A stretch of DNA of 64,000 nt from a virus, in IMG/VR virus record IMGVR_UViG_3300020377_000001, positions 11,142-75,141 of that record, one strand, 5' to 3'. The position numbers were made by a program, and so were the translations under genes. Shown piece after piece: positions 39,301 through 48,900 of the stretch; position 1 is the first letter of the stretch; each line of letters opens with the position of its first letter. The notes beneath the pieces were generated by a model. That model was not told where the DNA came from, did no database searches, and saw only the letters and a program-made list of their open reading frames with translations.

Positions 39301-39932
39301 GCTTTCAGAAGATTACCGACTCACCGGCTGGGCTTGGTGCGGGTCTCGGAGCCGCGATAGGGTTTGGTGCCTCTTTCATTCCTGGGATTGGGCTTGGTGC
39401 TACCGCTTTAAGTATCGGGGGCGCACTTTTAGGTGGAGGCATTGGCTCACTCTTTAAGCATGATGGTGCTGTCGTTAAGAAAGGTCAAAGAAACCCTGCG
39501 ATGGCATCACTTATGAGAGGTCTCGGTGCGGCACAGTATGCGGATGGTGGCATGGTGGAAATGATGAGTAGATCTCTTTCGTCAAACCCTCTTAGCGGGA
39601 TGAAGCGTGCTGTCGATGATGTCCCAGCAGTTCTTCAGGCTGGCGAGGCTGTCTTAAATCGTCAGGCGACAGCGGTCCTTGGGGAGGACACAATCAACAT
39701 GCTTAACGCTGGAGGTGCGCTCCAGGCAGGAGACACGAGCGTGACCCTCAACATCGTCCCGAATGCTAATGGTGTTAAGAATGCTGCGGCAGCACTGCTT
39801 CCTATGTTAATCGGTGGTGTTAACGCAGAAGTTGACCGTCCAGGATCTAAGCTAAGGTCAGCTATTAACTCGTCATCTGGTCGTCCTATTGGTAGTATGG
39901 GCGTGCCCATGTCGAAGAGAATTAAAGTATAG
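33369..39932 (+). CDS. Tail tape measure protein (TP901-like)
   Basis: ALYQIISAG, KGRTTIPQL...APIAAQFGVSLDEL, long helical regions, 11-aa periodic region, DVPAVLQAGEAVL. Confidence 0.92.
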   Translation: MASRTNNLTLVLGVADRNFSAGLKKAQTNLATFAAGFSRAFGKKKRGGVDGMASSILNLATAIERLNAAVAKSPLHGFSAKVRRTSVAMNGARKATRRLNRRLSRTRAAAAAAGKGADRAALSMGRLRKSTARTAEAIRSTAVNLKFMIATMVGGAAAIGVVKFGADFEKRLGEIDTLLDANTVSIQRYQEQLIKLSQSTPKTLMDLSGALYQIISAGIPAVEGAGGAFDILTQSQKLAVGSISETKQSADLLITTMAAFKHENLGSAEAADKLTAIYQKGRTTIPQLSKAFGRAAPIAAQFGVSLDELGGLLIGLTRAGLNTNEAVTGIRAMMSSLAKPTNKTRELLELLNIEFGENAIQTKGFSGVLEDLIAKTGGSVEVLSQLFPNIRALLPAVIAAGDGFGGFQANVDSVTDSIGASDQAVLKQQKRFFFAAELLKSNFQGVIQQIAEKTLPGLTIMLSRLGGFLSDNREEIVSFGVQAMKFFGMIGSAGGQALFKTLKTIIEFLSSGFGKAVALIAVVSKLGLVFFGMGKAAVLSLGKALHLFFPAVFTEAGALAAGAFNGAFESASNSRMGRFFGGAGPFIRGILGFLGPLAIGAMIAKALFDGFSAAADEEAAQAGEELARKLKEAVQKAVSEAAAEFRRLQGIDAKDVEKTQEKVDRGTLFVDEGEGIGKARTLQKDLDLMLRSAINKRRMDLIEAKKKELKVTVLTAKQAGEVENALQEENAQIRTRVVAEHAEKHMKIIEARAEKDEKLSKAVTENLNKDIERQNKLLQDAKSKQEKGFDAATTHVGRQVAKMFTGSREEMLGMARRFRTILAGETEAERAEAEKVINEFIEKISKLESDRAAKDQDVKNQAKFIAGMNAERRSGVDSVTGKPFTEESARRFDKGIERNIEFQKTQQEDLRVLETMLAKRRQEFAAEFPRLQGSFLKMANALAQQVMPDQIEKTTAQITESFGEQFTQIAKQISQDTDFGKIDLIDESTVNKVAEARAELKKLETIKAAIQGGDFTGFFTTSYWASLGKGVRELGRDIINLSFIPERLRQLGQIGAREAAKTKTKDKRDKDKEPKVRKPPKANFDSLLNRLRKQRIRLEDKLQKMAIKTLKIANQRFQVESKINATVKDRSDTGEFNAENKRLLQEALKIRQDADMKSLNDRHKAEMDNLNREIETRRKAHEEQRRKNREDFEKETKKRFGRSAKNKVIRGDIENELRLIDDATESEISEAAKKRIKGRMKETDPKKQEEALQVLLEKRRSMLVDEGKLGEEIAKERRAREEKFQSERRLKELQHHQQQEKLEKDFFKRGQDHLKRQESERKAARDRAFDALKRNLELSGGDFQVGALKAQQELQRESNHLAEQHRSIQDRLNQILKNRTRMDGLHNADLKEQNELLRQQAEIRRKQAETKRAQEFAQKFGAGAGGQQGSVMRLARRGLEFLGVPSFDTKDSAKIFDQATAMSEAFKNEIAAASKDPETKKRLEAMGLSADPKKRAAFARKEATGSAIEMGPGMEKEMRAFALAEKFTGSDIAKAGLDVAIPGMGAQIDKLKQELFDNEPHMKMFEAAAEASAEFAKGNVGGLFEMVNKFAQKFSDELVNQVSGVATKLGSLIGDSFGKFAGDVFGKTVGPLLNASLSFFAEHVAGNIASALGSSMSIMTGGVADAFGSVSSEDRLQSVQMEARDAAKRNLSEGNEDVRSAAGKRVAELDREIASTTDAQKKQDLINQRREVLATMEEQLLENKRQFADSERQRVEDERENNPMNQLDNAFSRSIEMADKLVFDLPNLASAAIDGLIQNLPVLLDKMAEGLMRTVDAIADKIPTLLTTFVTSIINVIPKLASTLGKLIPALIKGILKALTEILKNLGSIIGPLVEMAVTAIIDSLIELITQLPDIAVALVEGVITAVEVLAEQAPRLISALITALPMLTLALISAIPRILDAIIMGLPDIFVAFGRGMFRAAIDFGKMIGRTFTRFASFQKITDSPAGLGAGLGAAIGFGASFIPGIGLGATALSIGGALLGGGIGSLFKHDGAVVKKGQRNPAMASLMRGLGAAQYADGGMVEMMSRSLSSNPLSGMKRAVDDVPAVLQAGEAVLNRQATAVLGEDTINMLNAGGALQAGDTSVTLNIVPNANGVKNAAAALLPMLIGGVNAEVDRPGSKLRSAINSSSGRPIGSMGVPMSKRIKV

Positions 39933-39941
39933 GAGCAAGGC

Positions 39942-42900
39942 GTGAAATACAGCAGAAGAATACTTATCATCCCAGACGCCGACATTACCCCTGATGTTGT
40001 CAAAAGCGCCAGTGTGGTTAGCGATGCAGGTGGTTCTAGTGTTTTAGCTGACGCTCAAAAGAAGAGGTCTGTGTCTCAGCCTATCAGGGGGGCAAGGTAC
40101 CGTCATTACCAGAGAGAAAACATTATAGACAACGTCGCTGCAGGTAGAGCTCGATCTGTGACGATGGTCTTAAACAGGCTCGGCGACAGTGCGGGATCGT
40201 CTGACACAAAGCTGTTTAGGGATGATAGCATTCAGCAGTATGTGTCTAGACCAAGGGAGGCGCACCAGTTTGATCCATCTACCGCTTTTGGGGCAAGGGG
40301 TGAAGGTGAGCTCGTGCCAAGGACAAGCGGCGAGCCCTCTGCGGACTTCAAGGGAAACGCATTTATTACTTCGTCTGGAGGCGTCGGTGGCGCAAGGTTT
40401 TCTTGGAACACTGCGTCTGAGTCAAGGGGCGGACACAAGGTTCCCGGAGACACTCAGTTTCGCCAGTCCCCAAACGTGTTTGGCAAGTATGCGTCTGTCT
40501 TGCACACGACCGAGGGCTCTAGCAGTCCTGGCGGAGCCAACCTGACGTCAGACTCTTCATTCAGCTCTGCAGATCCGAATTGCAGGTACCTTTGTCGGCC
40601 AAAGGCAGTGGAGCTCGAGAACGGGGAGATTCTGTGTTTTTATTTATCTACAAGCCTGCCGCCTCATCACTGGCAACTGTCCTCCAATAGAAGCTTGACA
40701 GAAAACACTGTGTCTACAAAAAGCCCCGCCCTCAAATGCAAGGCGTTTGTTCAAAGGAGAAACAGTGACGGTGTTTGGCAGCCGCCGATTGAATTAACTA
40801 ACGACTCACAGTACCCAGGACTGTTACTTTCATCCCATGATGAATATTCCACAGAAGAGATCGCTTTCATTGACGCGGTCATCGAGCCCGTTACTGGAGA
40901 TGTTATTTGTTTCATCGGAAAAAACACTCCAGAAGTGCAGAGTGAAGACCTTTTTGTAAGGTCCGTTTATAACGGATCCCACAATTCGGACGCATCCATA
41001 AGCGTATCATCGTTTGGCAGCGCAAAGGTGGCACGGTCAAGGTCGATTGTGACTATCACCTCAACGGACAACGGGATGTCTTGGCAGAAACGCTCTGAGT
41101 CATCCATGGAGTCAGATGGTGCTGGTGTCGGAACATCTGCTGTAACCTCTGGCGTACCTGGCATGCCGTCTTCAGACATTGGACTAATTCTGGGCGGCAG
41201 TTGCGAGATCATGGATAGTGGTCGAATAGTTTTGTCGCTTGTGACTGGCGAGGCAGTTTACTTAGTTAGTACTGATGATCTGGGCTTCACTTTCAGATGC
41301 AGCCTGGCTCGAGAGATTGCTGTTGGAAGCGATGGTATGTCAGCAGAGGGCATATCGGCCAGACCACCTGAAGAGGGGCTGAAGGATGGAGACACCTACA
41401 TAGTTGATAGTGTAGAGATGAAATCCATACACGGGATCTTTAACACAAACCCTGCCCCTCGCGGAGTCTTTCAAAACTTTAATATGACGTCTCCAGACGG
41501 CAGGCATTTCTACGCAGGCGACAACGTGTCGCCACTCGGATGGGATCTTGTCGTCGAGGAGATGAGGAATGAGCCTCCAACGCTCGAAGAGATTGAGGCA
41601 AACCCAGGCGCGATTGGCAAGCTTAGAAACGCAATATATTCTAAAGTATACGCAATCGGAGACAATCCAACCGGCGCATGGTCCGAGTTTGCTGGGTGCT
41701 TTACCATCTGTTGCTTTAATAATGCGGACACGACCAGTTTTGACAACGGAAGGGTTTCTTTTGGGTTCTGTGAGTACCTTGGCGTATCCCTGGGGACAAC
41801 CTTTGGATCCGGTGGGAATGTAACAGTTAACAGGATCGCGAACGGAGGCTGGCACAGGGCTATACCAATAAGTGTGTCAAGCCCAAACGGTGACTCGGAT
41901 ACCGACTTTCCTGCAGCACAGGCCCAGCCATGGGACTGCACTGTCGATGCAGGGTTTAGTACTGATGGACTGCCATGGAGGTGGTTTATCGTCAGACCTG
42001 GGGGTGGTTTTGCGTTTAGGCGTGACGCTGCGGATACAAGTTTTGGTACTACTGCGATTGATGATAGAACCGGCTTTGCCACCCCGACACCGGGGAGGTA
42101 CTTCTTCGTAAAAAACGGCAAATACGCTGGACGTAGAATTTTTATTGAGGGAGAAGCGGAGCGGGACGAGTCTCTCGAGGAGGTTAGGGAGGTCCCAACC
42201 CAGCTGACAGCGGGGGAGCGGTACCTTGTCGGACCATTTGGATCGGGGGACTTTGGTAACAAGTTCGGCGCAATCGCACAATATGATGGCTCCTCTTGGT
42301 CTTACAGCATAAACAACACCAGATTCACTCCTGATGGTTATGGAATCGTTATTGTTGGAAACTCGCCTTTCGACACTGACGATTTTGCCACCAGGGAAAA
42401 CCAGATTGCTTTGCTGGCCACCGGATTTACTCGTGATGCTACGATAGACGACCTTGGTGGGGTCCAACTCATGGAGACGTGTGTCGGTTCATGGTCTAGG
42501 TTTTCGGACCCCGTTGACGGTCAGGTTATTGTGGTTTCCAATGTGCAGGGGCAGCCGGAGCCAGCCATGGGCAGCACTAACTCATACAGAGACCCGTCTG
42601 AATCTAGGACAAGGGCCCAGGCTTCTGAGGTCGCCTCTACAATTCCAATGGTTTGCGTTGACGGTGTTTGGGTGGAGGATGATACGCTCGGAGAGTTTGC
42701 TGCAAGGGGCGGCGAAATAGCTGTATACGATGAGAGCGCGAGCAAGTTTGTTTTTGAAAAGCCTTTGGAGGGACAGTTTGTAAGAATTAAGGGAGAGGGT
42801 CTTTACAAGTACGACGCAGGCAGGAATGTTTGGAATTTGGTTGAAAATGAAGAGTCTGACGTTGACTTGGCCTTGTCTAGGAGGACCAAGTGCCGTGAGA

Positions 42901-45900
42901 CGATTGCAAACACGTCGATGACGAAGTCTGATAGCGGTCAAGTTTTCTTTGCAGTTTCTTTCACCGACTTCAATGATACGTCTCCAATAAACTCGATGAC
43001 CAACATCTACATACAGGACGAACTGCTTGGAACAGACATATCTTCCAGAAACATAACTGGAGACGCGACGTTTGTGTATCCGTTCTATATGGAGGACCCA
43101 AGAGAGATCTCCGTAGAATATGCGTCTAGAAGACTTGAGGTGTTTGAGACCACAGACGGCGAGTCCTGTGTGCTTGTTGACGGGTGGGTTAACAGCGTAA
43201 ACGTAGAAGACAGGATGGCCTATGCATCAAACAAGGCTGGGTATGATGGAGAGCTAAGGTATAACGTCAGGTATGGATCTGTGGTTGGTGTTGATGAAGA
43301 GCTCCCATACGGTCCATGTGTAATAGAGCCGTGTATTGTGATTCGTCCAGACGGGTTTCTTCAAATTTATGGGGCTTCACACAACTGGCTGCCTCCGCAA
43401 TATGAGGGGTTGCAGAATGACACTAATTTGAACTCAGGATACATATCCTCTGTGTCTGGAACAAAGGGCGGGTCTGGCTTTGAGAGCATGCATGCTGCGG
43501 TTATTAACGGAATCGCTTCCGCCACAATAGACGTTTCGTCGTCCGTTGGAAGCATGCATCCGTCAGTTAACTCTGTTACAGAAAAGAATGCGGTTGCTAC
43601 CGACTTGGAATACAGGGATGACCAATTTGCAAGTGCGGCCATAGCAATAAGCGAGAACGGTCTCAAAGAGGATGACTCTGTATCTGGGTCAAACTCTGAC
43701 TCTTTGACAAACAATCACCTTCGCATCAAGAGTCACATGAGGAGGTTTGACAGCAGAAGGGCAACCGCTGCCTTTATGTGTAGCCCAATATCGAGCGGGT
43801 TGGGCAAGGGGTTGATCTCTCCAGGCAAGATCACGATTCGGGGCGCCAACGCAATTTCATACAGGCTCTCTTTCATGTGGGGGCTTTTCCCAGAGACTGT
43901 TTCGAGCTACAGGACTGCAAGCGTTACGCCGTCGCACTACGGAGCCGCAACAACATGTGTTGCCCACTCTAGAACAGAAAAGCTTTCTTCTGATGTTTTG
44001 GGTGGAATTGATTTCGTTGTCAGGGACAGGGTGACAAGCCCCCCTAACAAGATTTCTGTTGGTGACTTGTTTTTAGTAAAGCCAAACGCGACAGGCGTTT
44101 TTCTTGGCAAAGATAATAACATTGCGTGTTATGAGGTTAAGTCTGACGGGACTCTGGGGTGGACATTCAGAGACAGGTTTTCCTCAGACCAAAAGCTAAT
44201 CATATCTGGCGCCCCGTTCGGGCTAAATAATCAACACGCTGTTTTCAAGTCTACAATCACCTCCGCGAGCTCTGGTGCGAATATCTCAAGTTGGGTTCTG
44301 ACGTCCACATACGCACTCTACGATCTGGAAGGGGGCGTATACAACAACGTGCAGATTCAGCATGATGGTTTTAGTCAGGAGGTTTATTGGTACGCGGATG
44401 GAGCGGGGAGGGCCACACAACTTCCAGCGTCTCAATTTGCTGGTTTCATAGGGGGGTATAGCGGACTCGATGCGATATCGACCGGCAACGAGATGCTGGT
44501 CGTTAGCAGTAAGATCTATCAGCAGTCTTTGGGCAATGCGACCCCGATGAGAATACGAATCCGCCCCCAGCTTGGAGAGACGATACCTTCTGCTTTTTGC
44601 TCTGTTCTTGTTTCGTCTTCAGTTGGCGGTGAGGAGGTTCTGGTTTACTTGAATGGCAAGTTCTTGTTTTCAGGCGTCACCAGGGCGGGTGTTTTTAACC
44701 CACACACCACAGGGATACATGTTGATGTCAACGACACCTCAAGCGTTTGCCCTGTTTCTCTGACTGGCATTGAGTCTGGTCTTGAGGTGTTTTTAAGGAG
44801 CGGTACATCGGGGGTAGTCCCATCTTCTGCGACCGGGGACTCCTTTGTGTCTGGAGAGGTTGAGGTTATTAAATACTTTGGTGGTGTGCGTAGGTTTTCA
44901 CGTCCACTTTCTGGCTACGATCAGGTTGATGAGCTCGGCTCGCCCTTCCCTATGAGGATGGCGGACAGTTCTTCTATTACCTCTAACAGGTCATTTTATT
45001 GGCATCCAATCCGAGAGAATCTTGGTCGTACTGATGCCGCTTCGAGTGTTGGCGGACACTGCCACTGGGAAGAAACAGTCATGTCTGACGGTAAATACAT
45101 AAACCATCCGTCAATAGAGCAAGCGTCACCAGACATATTGGACGCATACCAGAGGAGATTTCGTCTGATCGGTGGAAGGTATTACGCCCTGAACTTTTTC
45201 GGAGACAGTTCACCAACGTCTGCAGGCTTTGACGTGATAAAGGGCAAGGATGGCAGCTCTCACTCTGGTGGCATATCGATTGTGGATGCTGGCAACCCCT
45301 TCGGAGACGATATGGTTGACCTCTTTCAGTCGAATGTGTCTCAGAGCAGACCTCAGTTGTCAGGAGGCTCAGACTTCACCATCAGCGACATAAAACAGAG
45401 CAACAGGTTTGCGATTGAGGCACCCTCTGGCGCAAACGAGACAGACGTTAAGACTTTCGACACCTTCTCTGTGGGAGGCACAGTAAGAACAATCACAGTC
45501 GGACCCACTCACAATCAGGCGATTGTGCCTGGAACTATAAGCTCAATAGTAATTGTCGAGGTTACCTCGAGTAGTCCATATTTTGCGGGATATGCTTTAG
45601 ACGGAACATCTTCAAGAGTTCAAATTACAGGAATACTGAAGAGCTCTGCTGTTAATGCAGGGGTGCTTGCATCCCAAATAAAGCGTCGGGACGCCTTGAG
45701 ACTTACAGAGACAGGACCTCTTTTTGAAATTGCAGAGGCGTTTGCTTTTGGTGATAGTGTGTTCTCTTTAATTGTAGACAAGGCTTATGTCGCTCTATCA
45801 CTTGGTGGAGTTACTAGTCAAGCCCTGGCTCCAAATGTTCTAAATCTTACTACTACGCCCAGCGATGTTGACCCAATACATGTTCTTCCAACAATGGAAG

Positions 45901-48900
45901 TTGATTATGGAAATACACCGTCCATTTCCCTTACAAACCATGACATCACAGTGCCGATTGAAAGCGCAGAGGTGGCGCCGACGTTTGGTTCGTATACGGC
46001 TTTAAGTGGATTTACGATTGACCCAAATGGTCGTACAAACCTAAATAGCTCAACAACTACAGAAATACATTACTCAGCCGCGCCCGCATCGACAACACTG
46101 CCAAGCTTGGGCGTCATAAAGATAACCGGTACCAATGTGACTACTCAGGGTGGCAGCACTGTCACCAAAACAAGGAGTGTTGCATACAGGCTTGCCGATA
46201 ACCAGCAGGAGCTTTCGACCAGCGGTGGTGTTATTGAGCTTGTCGCAGACGACCCTTTTGTGCAAACCGAGTCTTCGGAACAGGTGCCGATGGATGATGG
46301 AAGCGTCAACCTTCTTCCAAACACTTTACTGTACTTTGATTCTAATAATGACGGAAGCTCTGACATAACCACGGTTGAGTTTGCTAGTCTTACACTCGAG
46401 GCGTCTGGAACATTGCTGAGCGCAGGTAGAATTGCGGTAGACGCATCCTCACTCACGGTTTCGTCTGCGATTGTTGGGTATTATATTGTGCCAAGACTGC
46501 CAAGCGGTACGTCTAGCAACAGGTTTTATAAGATAACAGCAATCAGTTCAAGCTTTACCAACTCAATTGTCGTGTCTCTAACGTCTACGAACGGAGACTT
46601 GCTTACCAGTGAGCAAAAGGGGTTCTCGTTTGACCTGTACAAAACCACTACGGTTAACGAGATCTCCAAGCTGTCCTCTGCAAATGGTGGCGCACTCCTG
46701 TTTACAAAGACAGGTTCGTATTCAACGGTATCCGTTGGTCTTAGGAAGAACGGAGACGGAGGACAGCACGGGACTAGGCTCCCATTCCCTAAGGGGTATG
46801 GGTGCTCGCCAGTACACAGCAATCTCGCAAAAACTCACCATGCTGATCCGTTTGCTGGAGGCTTTAGGGCAATCTTTGCACCATATCATGGTGTGGGCGA
46901 CGTTTTCGACAGCTCGACCAGCGGTATAGATGACAAAATTTTCTTTAGTTTAATGCTTCAAGGCAGCGGATGGGATATCCCAAACTCTTGCGGCGTCATA
47001 CTCAAAGCGATGGTTGATGAAACCACACCAAACAACAAGGTGATTCTGGAGTTGATTGATGGTGTGCAGCTATTCGATCTAAGCGCACTTGAGGAACCCA
47101 CCGTTTTGGGAAGGGTTGAGATAGACTTCTCGCCTGCATCGACAGACTCAGATACTCGTCCGCTAGACCTGAAGTTTGTCGAGGTCCTTGTTGGAATGGA
47201 GTCTGCCATCAACGTCTCTGACCCATCAGGACAGCCACAGGCATCGATAGTTCACGCCTTCGCGAGAGCCGTGTCTCCGTCAGGCGATTCGCACGGGTCT
47301 TTCCATACCATCTGTAACTATAAAAGGCTTCAGCACGGTCCGACGTTTTCGAGAAAACTAATCGCCGACAGACAGTCTCAAGACATCGATGCTGGCATGG
47401 AGCATTTCCTCTTTGGTGTTAGTCATCATGGGCTGAGCTCCCTTTCAACAGATACGTCTGTTACGACAAACCTCGGCATGGCAGTTAAGCAGGTCAGTGT
47501 ACACAGGCCTGGAAGCAGGATATCTGGAAGCGGACTCACAGCAATAAACTGTGATTTAGATCGAAGGGTCGAAACAATAACTGGGCCGATTTATGACAAG
47601 AGGGCATACGGAACACAGTTTACAGAAATCGACGGCATTCAGGTCACCACAGGATCTGATCCGAATTTCTCTGTTGGCGACATCTTTACAAGGGGTGAGA
47701 ACCTGAGCCTTCAGGCGTGCGGAATCAATCCAACCTCCTTAACAGAGGATGGCGATTCATGTGTTGACCTTATGGGTCTTCCGTTTTTCGATGGCTCATT
47801 TGGAACTCGACTGTCCTTGGTCGATGCAGGGGTTGTGAACCCAAACAGAACGGGCAAGTGTTCTCCGTTTGATCAAGAGATTGCGAGCGGCATCAATATT
47901 AGTTGGTCAGGAAGCACGGCATCAAAGTCCTGTTACTCCATAGAGACATATTACCACTATGCTTTTTCAAACTCATTCGAGCAAAACCTATCTAAGGTTT
48001 GGATGACTGGGACCCCGCCAGAAAACACAGACATGCAGGCAAAGTTTAAGTCTGGCAAGGAGTCTACCGGTAGGTCTTATAGGTCTAGGTCTCCCGTATA
48101 CACCGTTCCATCGATTGAGGTGGTACTAGACTCTCAGGGGGACAGCGGAGACGCAGCCTCTGGGGATCTTGTTATGGATGTCGAGCATCAGATTAGATCG
48201 CGTAAGAATTTTGTTCCAGACGGGATAGCAGTGTTTGGGAGGAACTGGCCTAGTTGCAAGATAGAGTTTTGCGATTCCGAGGAGTTCAGCGATTCCTCGA
48301 GCTCGTACAGATGCTATAAAATTGGACAGCCTGGTGATTCGTGGGCATTGTCCCCGGCGTCCAACAGTTTATCCGACGACCCCGAAAGGTACACGCACCT
48401 CTGGGCTTGGACAAATAGAACAGATGAAAGACCCAGCCCAAACAGGTCGCCCGTCGCGGACCCGTCTTCTGGGGCTCACGTCAAGTTTGGGGATCGTACA
48501 TTTAGCTATATGGTGGATTCGTCCAGCTTTCTTGCGTCCGCGCCAAAGGCTGCTTGGCACCCTCATCAGTTTCGCAGCGCAGGCACAAGCGGCAACTACT
48601 ACCTTCAAGTTATAGGTAGAAGGCTGAGCACCGGCCCGAATGCTGGCACCTCAAACAGGTTTGTCTTTAAGATCATTGATAACACGGAGTACACTCTTAT
48701 ATTGGACTCAAACCCATTGAAGGTGTTTGACGAAAGCCCAAGCACGGATGCCACATCTGGGGTCTCGTCATCTATGCCGTGGCACACTGTGTCTATCTAC
48801 TCAGATCGATTCGCGATGCAGCTTTACAACTGGAACAACTCCACGGCGGCCCAATCTGCTGCCCAGGGTAAGACAACTTCGCAGTCTCACCATTTGCCAG